In this document: positions 26,908 to 36,813 of the stretch, one piece after another
Numbering within the stretch: position 1 is the stretch's first letter
Layout of the letters: each line of letters begins with the position of its first letter
NCBI GenBank assembly: GCA_947168085.1
Contig: CAMVKM010000003.1
Span: forward strand, 1-46,851
Reading direction: 5' to 3'
DNA: 46,851 nucleotides
Source: an uncultured Clostridia bacterium
GTDB taxonomy: Bacteria; Bacillota; Clostridia; Christensenellales; UBA1242
The notes under the pieces: model-generated
The model's input: the letters and a program-made list of their open reading frames with translations, nothing else
Database searches by the model: none
What the model was told of the DNA's origin: nothing
Position numbers and translations under genes: made by a program

Positions 26908-27030
26908 ACTTCACCCCTTTTATGTTATATATTCTAAAGCACCAAAAAAGTTGAACGAAAAACTTAAAAAATTTTGTTTGTTTTTAAAAGTTTTTGTAAA
27001 AAAAGAGACTAAACAAATTAGTCTCAAATT

Positions 27031-27861
27031 TTAATTATTAAAAATAGTTTTAAAAAGTTTTACAAATTGACTACAACTCAAACTTTCTGCTCTAATGTTT
27101 TCATTAAAACCACATTGGGTTAAAGCTTTTACAATTTGTTCTTTGCTTAAATCATAATGTTTTGCTAAGTTATTTTGAAGAGTTTTTCGTCGCATTGAAA
27201 AACTTGCTTTAACAAACTTTGAAAACTCATCATAAGAAACATCAAATTTGTTTTTTTCAATTTGAAGATGCACAATTGCCGAATCTACATTTGGCTGTGG
27301 AGTGAAAAGCGTTCTTGGAACTTTTCGTGTTAAGCTAACTTTTCCCAAAAATTCTAAAAGAATTGTAATTGCTCCGTAATCTTTGGTGTTTGGCTTTGCG
27401 CAAAGTCTTTGAGCAAGTTCAAGCTGAAGCATAACCGTAAAACTTTTTAAATTAAAATCATTTTCCAAAAGCATGAACATTATTGGTGTTGAAATATAGT
27501 AAGGCAAATTTGCAACAACCTTAAATGGCTCACCTTTAAACCATGTTTTTATTTCTTGTGGCTCAATTTTTAAAATGTCACCAAACTTGACTTCAACATT
27601 TTTAAAACCACTTAATGTTAAACCTAAAATAGGTTCCAAACTTTTGTCTATTTCAACAGCCACAACTTTTTTGGGCTGTTTTAAGCAAATTTGTTTAGTA
27701 AGCGCTCCCGCACCAGGGCCAATTTCTAAAACATTGTCCTCTTCACAAATTTTTGCATCATTTGTTATTGCTTCCAAAAGATTTGTGTCACTTAAAAAAT
27801 TTTGTCCAAACTTTTTTTTAAACTGAAATTGTTGTCCATTAAATTCTTTTGTGTTTTTCAT
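27031..27861 (-). CDS. rsmA: 16S rRNA m6,6A dimethyltransferase
   Basis: GQNFL, EIGPGAG, ANLPY and PNVDSA motifs. Confidence 0.97.
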   Translation of the reverse strand: MKNTKEFNGQQFQFKKKFGQNFLSDTNLLEAITNDAKICEEDNVLEIGPGAGALTKQICLKQPKKVVAVEIDKSLEPILGLTLSGFKNVEVKFGDILKIEPQEIKTWFKGEPFKVVANLPYYISTPIMFMLLENDFNLKSFTVMLQLELAQRLCAKPNTKDYGAITILLEFLGKVSLTRKVPRTLFTPQPNVDSAIVHLQIEKNKFDVSYDEFSKFVKASFSMRRKTLQNNLAKHYDLSKEQIVKALTQCGFNENIRAESLSCSQFVKLFKTIFNN

Positions 27862-28626
27862 TTAAATCACCAACTTTTTAAAGAAATTTTTTGTGTTTTT
27901 TGTGATTTGCTCGTCAAGGTTTTCTTGTGTTACGTTTTTTAAGTTTCCAACAAGTTCATAAACCTGTTTCACATATTTTGGCAAACACACTTTTCCCCTA
28001 AAAGGCTCTGGCGCAAGATATGGACTGTCTGTTTCAAGCATTATTCGGTCAAGCGGAACATACTTAATAACATCTCTTAAATCTTCCCTCTTTTTAAAAG
28101 TTGTAATTCCAGTAAAAGAAATCATAAGCCCCATATCAAGAGCTATTTTTGCATCTTGAATCGTTCCATCAAAACAATGCAAAACTCCACCAGTAAAATT
28201 TGAAAAATTGTTTTTTAAGCTAACAAAAAAATCATCAAAAGCATCTCTAATGTGAAAAATTGAAGGCAAATTTGCTTTTTTTGCCATTTCAAGTTGAATT
28301 AAAAAAACTTCTTCTTGTTTTGTTTTGTCAAAAGGTTGATAATGATAGTCAAATCCATATTCCCCAACAGCAACAATTTTTTTGTTGTTTAAATTTTTTT
28401 CAATAAAATTTTTGGTTTCTTCATTCCAATCTTTAAGCTCTAGCGGATGGATTGAAAGTGCACCAAAAACCTTGTCATAAGTTTTAACAAATTCAAGCGT
28501 GGTTTCACATGTTTTTTTATCATAACTTGGACAAATTAAACACTCAAAATTTTTCAAATCGTCAACAATTTCATTTAAATACGGCTTTAATAAATCATGG
28601 TTTATGTGAGCATGTGTGTCAATCAT
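27862..28626 (-). CDS. tatD: TatD-family nuclease
   Basis: DTHAH, GEYGFD, HCF and ETDSPYL motifs. Confidence 0.93.
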   Translation of the reverse strand: MIDTHAHINHDLLKPYLNEIVDDLKNFECLICPSYDKKTCETTLEFVKTYDKVFGALSIHPLELKDWNEETKNFIEKNLNNKKIVAVGEYGFDYHYQPFDKTKQEEVFLIQLEMAKKANLPSIFHIRDAFDDFFVSLKNNFSNFTGGVLHCFDGTIQDAKIALDMGLMISFTGITTFKKREDLRDVIKYVPLDRIMLETDSPYLAPEPFRGKVCLPKYVKQVYELVGNLKNVTQENLDEQITKNTKNFFKKLVI

Positions 28627-28679
28627 AAAAATTCTCCCTAAATTAATTATAAACCAATTTTTTAAAAAAAGCAATTAAA

Positions 28680-28708
28680 TCATAAAAAGTTAAAACTTTT
28701 CATAAACT
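28680..28708 (+). promoter_or_regulatory. sigma-E-like promoter of spmAB
   Basis: TCATAAA-14nt-CATAAACT. spmAB is sigma-E controlled in Bacillus subtilis. Confidence 0.6.
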
Positions 28709-28713
28709 TTTGT

Positions 28714-29322
28714 ATGAGAAAAGTTTGGTTTATTCTTATCTGTTCTAGCTTAATAGTTCTGTGTTTAAAAAATCCCGAAGAATGCATAAGTGCCATGATG
28801 CGTGCTGGACAAAATGCTTTGCAACTTGGGTTAAAACTTTGTGGAATTTATGCAATTTGGCTTGGATTTTTGGGAATTGTGGACAAAAGCAAACTTTCGG
28901 AAAAAATTGCAAGTCTTTTGTCACCTGTTGTGGATTTTTTGTTTGGAAAAAACTTAAATCAAGAAACTAAAAAATTTTTGGCAATGAATTTGTCCACAAA
29001 CATTTTAGGAATTGGCAACGCAAGCACACCTCTTGGAATCAAAGCGATGCAAGGACTGGACAAACAAAATAATTCTGAAATCGCATCAACAGCAATGATT
29101 ATGCTTTTGGTTGTTAGCGCCACAAGCTTGCAACTTTTGCCAACCACAATCGTTGGACTTAGAGCATCTCTTGGTAGCACATCAAGCAGCGACATAATTT
29201 TGCCTTCAATCATCACAACTGTTTTAACAACGCTTTTAGGAATAACTCTTGTAAAAGTGATATCAAAACTTAAAATGCAAAAATTTAGTTTAAAAAAATG
29301 TGAAAAAGTTGTCAAAAAATGA
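28714..29322 (+). CDS. spmA: Spore maturation protein A
   Basis: NILGIGNASTPLGIKAM and QLLPTT motifs; ATGA overlap with spmB. Confidence 0.93.
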   Translation: MRKVWFILICSSLIVLCLKNPEECISAMMRAGQNALQLGLKLCGIYAIWLGFLGIVDKSKLSEKIASLLSPVVDFLFGKNLNQETKKFLAMNLSTNILGIGNASTPLGIKAMQGLDKQNNSEIASTAMIMLLVVSATSLQLLPTTIVGLRASLGSTSSSDIILPSIITTVLTTLLGITLVKVISKLKMQKFSLKKCEKVVKK

Positions 29323-29831
29323 CCATTAGCGCTTTTGTCGTCCCAATTTTGTTAATTACACTTTTAATTTATGCCTCCATAAAAAAAGTTAATTGCTACT
29401 CGAGTTTTGTTGACGGAGCAAAAAGTGCAATTAACTTAAGTTTTGATATTTTTCCTTTTTTGGTAGCGATTTTTTTGGCTGTTGAACTTTTTAGGGTTTG
29501 TGGTCTTGCCGAAATGCTTGCCCAATTTCTGTCTCCAGTTTTTGAGTTTGTTGGAATTCCAAAAGAGCTTTCTAATCTTGTTATGATTAGACCATTTTCT
29601 GGAAGCGCAAGTTTGGCCATTTGTGAAGAAATTTTTGAAACCTTTGGACCAGATAGTTATGTTTCAAGATGTGCAAGCGTGATTGTTGGAAGCAGTGAAA
29701 CAGTTTTTTATATTGCAACAATTTATTTCTCAAAAACAAAAGCAAAAAAACTTTTGTACGCAATTCCAATTGCTCTTTTATGCACCATTGTTGGCGCAAT
29801 CTTTTCTTGCTGGATTTGTAAGGTGATTTAA
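29319..29831 (+). CDS. spmB: Spore maturation protein B
   Basis: FVDGAK, RPFSGSAS, GPDS and GSSETVFY motifs. Confidence 0.93.
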   Translation: MTISAFVVPILLITLLIYASIKKVNCYSSFVDGAKSAINLSFDIFPFLVAIFLAVELFRVCGLAEMLAQFLSPVFEFVGIPKELSNLVMIRPFSGSASLAICEEIFETFGPDSYVSRCASVIVGSSETVFYIATIYFSKTKAKKLLYAIPIALLCTIVGAIFSCWICKVI

Positions 29832-29858
29832 AAAAAGAACTTAGTTAAAGTTCTTTTT
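29830..29858. terminator. Bidirectional intrinsic terminator
   Basis: aaaaagaactt...aagttcttttt. Confidence 0.7.
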
Positions 29859-29870
29859 ATAATTTTAAAA

Positions 29871-30263
29871 TCATAAATAAATTGGTTTATCTAAATTTTT
29901 TGTAGAAACAAAAACAACCTTATCATTCTTATCAAAAAAAACCTTTACAGATCTTGTTAGCGTTCCACCATACAAAAGGCCTTTCCATTGCCTTTTTTCC
30001 CAAACCATAATAGTTTTTCCATCAATTTTTTCTTTTGATGTTTCATGCCCCATCAAATCTAAAACTTCATCAAAAGTTTTTCCCTTTGAAATTAAATTAG
30101 CTTTATTAACAAAACTTCTATGTCTTTCTGATATAGTACAAATCAAAACACTCACAAGAATAACACCACCAACAGCAACTGATATTCCATAAATAATTCC
30201 ACCAGAAATAATTCCAATTAACAAACCAGAGTTAATAGCTAACATACAATACGAAGCCCACAT
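29871..30263 (-). CDS. Small membrane protein with a BLIP/SmpA-like soluble domain
   Basis: Gly-rich TM region, then KGKTFDEVLDLMG...W...VFFDKNDKV. RBS GGAGG precedes ATG 30263. Confidence 0.65.
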   Translation of the reverse strand: MWASYCMLAINSGLLIGIISGGIIYGISVAVGGVILVSVLICTISERHRSFVNKANLISKGKTFDEVLDLMGHETSKEKIDGKTIMVWEKRQWKGLLYGGTLTRSVKVFFDKNDKVVFVSTKNLDKPIYL

Positions 30264-30287
30264 TATAAATACCTCCAAATCATTTTT

Positions 30288-30308
30288 AAATCAGTTTTAA
30301 ACTGATTT
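30288..30308. promoter_or_regulatory. Palindromic operator between divergent genes
   Basis: AAATCAGTTT-T-AAACTGATTT. Confidence 0.65.
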
Positions 30309-30349
30309 TATGATTATTATAACATAAAAAATTGTATAATTCAAGTGAT

Positions 30350-30577
30350 ATGAGAAAAGAAATTTTAAAATTAACAGAAAATTTTGCAAAAAATTTAAAA
30401 TTTGAAAGAGTGTCTGCTGGGCTCACACAAAGACAACTTGCTGATAAAATTGGAATTACAACACAAAGTTACCAAGCCTATGAAGCTGGAATTACAATGC
30501 CAACCACTGAAAACCTACTTAAAATTTGTTTGGTTTTACAAGTATCATTAGACTATTTGTTTAATTTAAAAATATGA
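30350..30577 (+). CDS. XRE-family HTH regulator
   Basis: LTQRQLADKIGITTQSYQAYEAG...VSLDYL. Confidence 0.88.
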   Translation: MRKEILKLTENFAKNLKFERVSAGLTQRQLADKIGITTQSYQAYEAGITMPTTENLLKICLVLQVSLDYLFNLKI

Positions 30578-30603
30578 AGAACCACAAACTTGTGGTTCTT
30601 TTT
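30577..30603. terminator. Intrinsic terminator
   Basis: aagaaccacaa-ac-ttgtggttcttttt. Confidence 0.75.
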
Positions 30604-31411
30604 AATTTACAAAATGTTTGTAGACTTCGTCTTTTTTTAGTTTGCGGTCCTTTGCAACTGCTTTAATGGCTTCCATTTTGCTCATCCCTTGATTAATGTA
30701 AAAGTCAAAATGCTGCTCAACACTTAAATCATTTAAGGGGCTTGTTGGTTTTGTGCCTTCAACCATAACAACAAACTCACCTTTTGGGTTTTCAATCTGA
30801 AAACCGCTTAAAGTTCCTTTAAAATACTTTTCAAACTTTTTTGTAAGTTCATTTGCAACAACAACTTTGCGATCACCCAACTGTTTAAACAAAAAATTTA
30901 AATCATCATTTAGATTGTGCGAACTTGAATAAAAACAAAGTGTGCTGTCCAAATTTTTAAAAGGCTCTAGCAATTTTTGTTTGTCCACATTTTTTTCTGG
31001 CAAAAATCCTAAAAATGAAAATTTATCTTCAAAAATTCCACCACCAACAAGCGCTGTTGTTAGTGCTGTGGGTCCTGGAATAACTTCCATTTTTAAACCT
31101 TTTGACATTATGTAATTACTTAAAACAAAACCTGGGTCATTAATTATTGGCATTCCCGCATCAGAAATGTAGGCAACTGATTTACCCTCAAGTAACAATT
31201 TTTCCACCTTTTCACATTCTTTTTTTTCATTAAATTTGTGAATTGAAAAAAGTGGTTTTTTAATGTCATAAAAATTTAAAAGCACCATTGAATGTCTTGT
31301 GTCTTCACAAGCAACAAAATCAACACTTTTAAGTGTTTCAACAGCTCTAATTGTAATATCTTTTAAATTGCCTATTGGCGTTCCAACCAAAAACAGTGTT
31401 CCTTGTTCCAT
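30602..31411 (-). CDS. rsmI: 16S rRNA C1402 2'-O-methyltransferase
   Basis: TPIGNL, CEDTRH, SDAGMP..DPG, ELTK and GEFV motifs. Confidence 0.96.
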   Translation of the reverse strand: MEQGTLFLVGTPIGNLKDITIRAVETLKSVDFVACEDTRHSMVLLNFYDIKKPLFSIHKFNEKKECEKVEKLLLEGKSVAYISDAGMPIINDPGFVLSNYIMSKGLKMEVIPGPTALTTALVGGGIFEDKFSFLGFLPEKNVDKQKLLEPFKNLDSTLCFYSSSHNLNDDLNFLFKQLGDRKVVVANELTKKFEKYFKGTLSGFQIENPKGEFVVMVEGTKPTSPLNDLSVEQHFDFYINQGMSKMEAIKAVAKDRKLKKDEVYKHFVN

Positions 31412-31412
31412 T

Positions 31413-32216
31413 TTAGTTTTCCTTTAATTCTTCTAATGTAAACTCACAAATTTTGTAGTTTTGTTCATCTTCAAAAATTTTTACACTAACAGTTTCTTTT
31501 ATTAAGTCTTGAAAAACAACTTCGCCTTGTCCTTGTTTTGTTTTAACTTGACTTCCAAGTGGTGGCATTTTGTCTAAAACTTGTTGATATTCTGGATGCT
31601 CATAAGAAACACAACACAAAATTTTACCACAAGCACCATTAATTTTGTTTGGATTTAATGCAAGCCCTTGTGTTTTTGCCATTTTTATGCTAACTTGTGG
31701 ATTTTCACCCAAAAAAGTAACACAACAAAATGGTTTTCCGCAAACCCCGCACCCACCAAGCATTTTTGCTTCTTCTCTTGTGCTTATCTGACGAAGTTCA
31801 ACCCTTGTTTTAAAAATGCCTGCCAAGTATTTTACAAGTTCACGAAAGTCTACCCGCGCTTCAGCACTGTAGCTTACAAAAAGTTTTGTACCATCAAAAG
31901 AGTGTTTTACATCAACAAGTTTCATCTCAAGATTAAATTTTTGAACAGCTTCAAAAACTTTTTTGAAAGAATCTTTGTTTTTTTCAAGCGTTTTTTGATA
32001 AGACAAAATGTCTTCTTTTGTGGCTTTTTTAAAAATCTCAGTTAAAATGTTTTCTTTGACTTTTTTATCTTTTATCTCTTCCACAACTGTTGCCAAATGC
32101 TTGCAATCACTGTAATTTGCAACAACTGTGTCGCCCTTTTTTAAATCCAAATTTTTGCAATCAGCAAAAAAAGTTTTTGTGTTTAAATCAAACTTAAGTT
32201 CAACCATCATTGCCAT
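31413..32216 (-). CDS. yaaT: PSP1-domain protein YaaT/RicT
   Basis: RVDFRELVK, CG...CC, MAKTQ and G.CG...CC..YE motifs; holB-yaaT-rsmI synteny. Confidence 0.9.
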   Translation of the reverse strand: MAMMVELKFDLNTKTFFADCKNLDLKKGDTVVANYSDCKHLATVVEEIKDKKVKENILTEIFKKATKEDILSYQKTLEKNKDSFKKVFEAVQKFNLEMKLVDVKHSFDGTKLFVSYSAEARVDFRELVKYLAGIFKTRVELRQISTREEAKMLGGCGVCGKPFCCVTFLGENPQVSIKMAKTQGLALNPNKINGACGKILCCVSYEHPEYQQVLDKMPPLGSQVKTKQGQGEVVFQDLIKETVSVKIFEDEQNYKICEFTLEELKEN

Positions 32217-33145
32217 TTTGCTCTCACCTCCAAAATTTTTAACAAAAAGTTGTCCACAACCAAAAACTGATTGCAATTTCGCTCTAATTTTTCAGCAACA
32301 ACAATACATTCTTTTTCAATTTCACTCAATGCTTTAAATGAAAAATCATTTGCAATTTGCTCAAAAAGTTCTTTACGCTTTTTGTCTTTTAAAAGATTTG
32401 TTTCTTTTAACTTTGCGTGCAACACCTCTTTTAACATAATGCCATACAAAAACAAAAACTCTTCAAACAGTTTTTTGTTTGTGTAAAACTTGCTGGCATA
32501 ATCCAAAACCTGTGGCGAAGTCCTTAAGTTTTTCCAAACATCAAAAGTTAAATTTAAAGTGTCTTCAAAATTGCTGTCGTTTGCAAAACTTTCTGCTTTT
32601 GATTTCATTCCTTCACAATAACTTACAATGTCTTGTTTTTGCTCATCAGAAAGCTGAAAAGCATTCAAACTTTCAAAAATTTGTTCATCTTCAAATTTTG
32701 GTAAATAAATTTTTTGACATCTAGACTTAATAGTTGGCAAAACTTTTGTTTCATTTGTTACATTTAAAACAAAGTAAACATGTTTTGGTGGCTCTTCCAA
32801 TGTTTTTAACAACTTGTTTTGAACCAGTCCACTTGTAAAGCTAAAATTGTTTAAAATATAAACTTTTTTGTCTGCTTCAAACGGAAAAACTAATGCATCT
32901 TCAACAATTCCCAAAATGTCATCAACAGAAATCACATCTTTTTCTTTTGGAAAAACCAAAACATCTGCATGATTTTTGTGTTCAATTTTTTTACATACCG
33001 AACAAGTTCCACAAGCATTTTGAGTTTTGCACAAAAGTTTTTTTGCTAAAACAAAAGAAAAGTCAAAAAGTGCTTTTTCATCTTGACTTACAAGCATTAT
33101 GCTGTGTGACATGTTTTCTGTTTTTAACTCAAAATTATTTTGCAT
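32207..33145 (-). CDS. holB: DNA polymerase III delta' subunit
   Basis: CGTCSVC zinc site, NKLLKTLEEPP, TIKSRC. Confidence 0.9.
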   Translation of the reverse strand: MQNNFELKTENMSHSIMLVSQDEKALFDFSFVLAKKLLCKTQNACGTCSVCKKIEHKNHADVLVFPKEKDVISVDDILGIVEDALVFPFEADKKVYILNNFSFTSGLVQNKLLKTLEEPPKHVYFVLNVTNETKVLPTIKSRCQKIYLPKFEDEQIFESLNAFQLSDEQKQDIVSYCEGMKSKAESFANDSNFEDTLNLTFDVWKNLRTSPQVLDYASKFYTNKKLFEEFLFLYGIMLKEVLHAKLKETNLLKDKKRKELFEQIANDFSFKALSEIEKECIVVAEKLERNCNQFLVVDNFLLKILEVRAKWQ

Positions 33146-33168
33146 TTTTGCCTTTCCTTTTTTTGTTT

Positions 33169-35559
33169 TTATCTTACAACAATGTTAACAAGCCTGTTTT
33201 TTATGGCAATTACTTTAACAATTTGTTTACCTTCAAGATTTTCTTTAATCTTTGGAAGATTTAATGCAATTTCCTGCATTTGTTTTTCATCTAATCCAAT
33301 TTGAACCAAAGTTTTGTCCTTAAGTTTTCCGTTGATTTGAACAATAAGTTCATAATCGTTTTCTTTTGTTTTTTCTTCATCAAATTTTGGCCAAGGTTCA
33401 TAAGCAATTGTATCTTTGTTTCCCAAACGATGCCAAATTTCTTCTGTTATGCAAGGAGCAAGTGGATTTAAAAGTTTAACAAATCCTTCAGCATACTCTT
33501 GTGAAACAACATTTTCATTTTGAAGAGCATTAACAAAAATCATCATTTGACTAATTGCTGTGTTAAAAGCCAAAGCCTCATAGTCATTTGTAACTTTTTT
33601 AACTGTTTGATGATAAATTTTTTCAAGATTTTTGTTTTCTTCGTTTTTCACTTTGCCGCTTTCAACAAAAATTTTCCAAACCTTTTCCAAAAATCTCTTT
33701 ACGCCTTCAATTCCACTTGTGTTCCAAGGTTTGCTTTCACTGATTGGTCCCATAAACATTTCATAAAGCCTAAGAGCATCACTTCCGCTCTCAGAAATTA
33801 TATCATCTGGGTTAATAACATTTCCTTTGCTTTTGCTCATCTTTTCACCGTTTGGCCCTAAAATCATTCCCTGGTGCACAAGTTTTTTAAATGGTTCTTT
33901 GTTTGATAAATACCCCTCATCATACAAAAACCTATTAAAAAATCTTGAATACAAAAGATGTCCAACAGCATGTTCTGGACCACCAACATAAAGATCAACT
34001 GGCAACCAATGATCAAGAAGCTTTCTGTCTGCAAGTTCCCTTTCGTTGTCTGGGTCAATATATCTTAAAAAATACCAACTTGATGCTGTTGCACTTGGCA
34101 TTGTTGTGGTTTCTCGCTTACCCCTTTTTCCATCAACACAAACATTAACCCAATCTTTTTTACGTTCTAATGGTGATTGACCATTATATGGTTTGTAATC
34201 ATCAAGCTCTGGAAGTGTTAAAGGAAGTTCATTTTCTGGAACCAAACATTTTGTTCCATCTTCCATGTGAATTACAGGAATTGGTTCTCCCCAATATCTT
34301 TGACGGCCAAAAATCCAATCACGAAGTTTGTATTTAACAGTTTTTTTGCCAATTTTTTGTTCTTCAAGCCATTCAAACATTTTTTGTTTTGCGTCTTGGT
34401 TGTTTAAACCATTTAAAAACCCTGAATTTATGTGTTTTCCATCATCAACAAAGGCTTCTTTTGTAACATCTCCACCTTCAACCACTTGTTTTAATGGAAG
34501 CTTTAATGCTTTTGCAAACTCAAAGTCGCGCTCATCATGTGCTGGAACTGCCATAACAGCGCCAAAACCATAACTGCCTAAAACATAATCAGCAATATAA
34601 ATTGGAATTTCTTCATTTGTTGCTGGATTTATTGCATAAGCACCTGTAAACACACCTGTTTTTTCTTTGTTTAATTGTGTTCGCTCTAACTCAGATTTGC
34701 TTGCACAAAATGCTTTGTAATCTTCAACTGCTTGTTTTTGCTTTTGTGTTGTAATGCTTTCAACAAGTTTGTTTTCTGGTGCCAAAACACAGTATGTTGC
34801 ACCAAACAAAGTGTCTGCCCTTGTTGTAAAAACCTTGAATGTTTTGTCACTGTTTTTTATCTTAAATTCAATTTCAGCGCCTTCGCTTTTTCCAATCCAG
34901 TTCTTTTGCGTTGTTATTGTGCTTTCTGGCCAATCAAGTTCTTTGTGTCCTTCCAAAAACTTTTCAGCATAATCAGTAATTCTAAGTGACCACTGCTTCA
35001 TGTTTTTACGAATAACAGGATAACCCCCACGCTCTGATTTACCATCAATAATTTCATCATTAGAAAGCACTGTTCCAAGTTCTTCACACCAGTTTACCGG
35101 CATGTCTTTGTATTCAGCAAGACCTTTTTCATAAAGTTTTTCAAAAATCCATTGTGTTTTTCCATAATACTTTGAATCACAAGTAATAACCTCTCGATCC
35201 CAATCATAACTAAGTCCAGCATCTTTAAGTTGCTTTTCAAAATTGTGAATGTTTTTGTATGTAAAATTTCCTGGATGATTTCCTGTTTTTACAGCATAAT
35301 GTTCTGCTTGAAGCCCAAAAGCATCAAACCCAATTGGGTGCAAAACATTAAAGCCTTGCATTCTCTTCATTCTTGCCATTGCATCTGTTGCTGTGTAGCC
35401 TTCAATATGACCAATGTGCAAGCCTTCTCCTGATGGATAAGGAAACATATCCAAAACATAATACTTTGGTTTTGAAAAATCCCAAACATCTGTCTTAAAG
35501 GTTTTGTTTTCAACCCAAAACTGCTTCCATTTTTTTTCAACATTCTTAAAATCGTACAT
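33169..35559 (-). CDS. leuS: Leucine--tRNA ligase
   Basis: [23 protein letters not shown] and KMSKS motifs. Confidence 0.98.
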   Translation of the reverse strand: MYDFKNVEKKWKQFWVENKTFKTDVWDFSKPKYYVLDMFPYPSGEGLHIGHIEGYTATDAMARMKRMQGFNVLHPIGFDAFGLQAEHYAVKTGNHPGNFTYKNIHNFEKQLKDAGLSYDWDREVITCDSKYYGKTQWIFEKLYEKGLAEYKDMPVNWCEELGTVLSNDEIIDGKSERGGYPVIRKNMKQWSLRITDYAEKFLEGHKELDWPESTITTQKNWIGKSEGAEIEFKIKNSDKTFKVFTTRADTLFGATYCVLAPENKLVESITTQKQKQAVEDYKAFCASKSELERTQLNKEKTGVFTGAYAINPATNEEIPIYIADYVLGSYGFGAVMAVPAHDERDFEFAKALKLPLKQVVEGGDVTKEAFVDDGKHINSGFLNGLNNQDAKQKMFEWLEEQKIGKKTVKYKLRDWIFGRQRYWGEPIPVIHMEDGTKCLVPENELPLTLPELDDYKPYNGQSPLERKKDWVNVCVDGKRGKRETTTMPSATASSWYFLRYIDPDNERELADRKLLDHWLPVDLYVGGPEHAVGHLLYSRFFNRFLYDEGYLSNKEPFKKLVHQGMILGPNGEKMSKSKGNVINPDDIISESGSDALRLYEMFMGPISESKPWNTSGIEGVKRFLEKVWKIFVESGKVKNEENKNLEKIYHQTVKKVTNDYEALAFNTAISQMMIFVNALQNENVVSQEYAEGFVKLLNPLAPCITEEIWHRLGNKDTIAYEPWPKFDEEKTKENDYELIVQINGKLKDKTLVQIGLDEKQMQEIALNLPKIKENLEGKQIVKVIAIKNRLVNIVVR

Positions 35560-35579
35560 TTTTTGCTCCTAAATTAAAA

Positions 35580-35619
35580 AAATCACTTTATTATAACACA
35601 TAACAAAGTGATTTATCAA
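35580..35619 (-). promoter_or_regulatory. leuS promoter with a 10-bp inverted repeat flanking the -10 box
   Basis: TTGATA-18nt-TATAAT; AAATCACTTT (35580..35589) and AAAGTGATTT (35605..35614). Confidence 0.55.
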
Positions 35620-35664
35620 GTTTTTTTAAGAAAAAAAGAGAAATTTTGAAAACAAACAGAGTTT

Positions 35665-36813
35665 TCAAACTCTGTTTGTTGATAGTGCTACATATTTTTG
35701 TGTAAAACTTTGTTTTGATTGCCTGTCTATGTTCAAAAGAATTCCAATTGCAGACAAAAACATAACAAGGCTGGTTGAACCAGCGCTCATCAATGGAAGT
35801 GGCAATCCAGTTGGAGGCACAATGCCAGTAACAACAGCAACATTTAAGACCACTTGAATTGCAAAAATTGAAGAAATGCCCGTTGCCAAAAAACAACCAA
35901 ATCTGTTGTTTGATCTTGCAGCAATCAAAAACCCAGAAACAATTAAAATCAAAAACAAAATCAAAACAAAGGTGGCACCAACAAAGCCAAGCTCTTCTCC
36001 AACTATTGAAAAAATGAAATCACTTTCGGAAAATGGCAAAAAAGAATATTTTGCTCTTGAATTAAAAAGTCCAACCCCAAAAAGCCCGCCTGAGCCTAAT
36101 GAGTAAAGAGACTGGATAAGTTGATAACCTTCACCTTGTGGACTTGACCATGGATCTAAAAAAGCAACAATTCTACTAATTCTGTATGGCTCAATCAAAA
36201 CAAGAATTGGGATTAGCACCAAAATTGGAACTCCAAGCAAAAGCAAATGCCTAATTTTTATACCACCAACCAAAAGCATTACAATCATTGTCACCCCTAA
36301 ACAAATTGTAATAGACATGTTTGGTTCAAGCATTATTAAAAAACACATAAAAAATCCGGCAAGCAAAACTGGAACACTATTTTTAAACAAATTCATGTTT
36401 TCAGCATGTTTTGCCATGTGTCCAGCACAAAAAACAACAAAACAAAATTTTGCAATTTCACTCGCTTGAAAACTGAACGCCCCAAAACCAATCCAGCGTT
36501 TTGCCCCATAACTTTCAATGCCAATTCCTGGAATAAAAACAATAGACAAAAAAACAATCCCAACAGCTAAAGCAACAAATCTAAATTTTTTTAAAATGTT
36601 GAAATCAACAAAATAAAAAAGCAGCATACACAAAAAGCCCAAAACAGCCCCAACAATTTGTTTTGTCAGAAAGAATGTGCTGCTGCCATAATTTTTTAAA
36701 GCAGAATAACTTGATGCAGAAAAAACCATTATGCACCCAAGCACAACCAAAATAACAGTTGTTATAATTATGCACCAATTTAAACAATGCTTGCCTTTAA
36801 ATATTAGATTCAT
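35665..36813 (-). CDS. ftsW: SEDS-family peptidoglycan polymerase FtsW/SpoVE
   Basis: GAKRW, QASE, DPW...GYQ, SDFIF..GEELG, TGLPLP. Confidence 0.92.
   Translation of the reverse strand: MNLIFKGKHCLNWCIIITTVILVVLGCIMVFSASSYSALKNYGSSTFFLTKQIVGAVLGFLCMLLFYFVDFNILKKFRFVALAVGIVFLSIVFIPGIGIESYGAKRWIGFGAFSFQASEIAKFCFVVFCAGHMAKHAENMNLFKNSVPVLLAGFFMCFLIMLEPNMSITICLGVTMIVMLLVGGIKIRHLLLLGVPILVLIPILVLIEPYRISRIVAFLDPWSSPQGEGYQLIQSLYSLGSGGLFGVGLFNSRAKYSFLPFSESDFIFSIVGEELGFVGATFVLILFLILIVSGFLIAARSNNRFGCFLATGISSIFAIQVVLNVAVVTGIVPPTGLPLPLMSAGSTSLVMFLSAIGILLNIDRQSKQSFTQKYVALSTNRV

Noticed and set aside
32207-33145. Missing Walker A motif in HolB
   Set aside because: A degenerate P-loop is normal for the delta' subunit.
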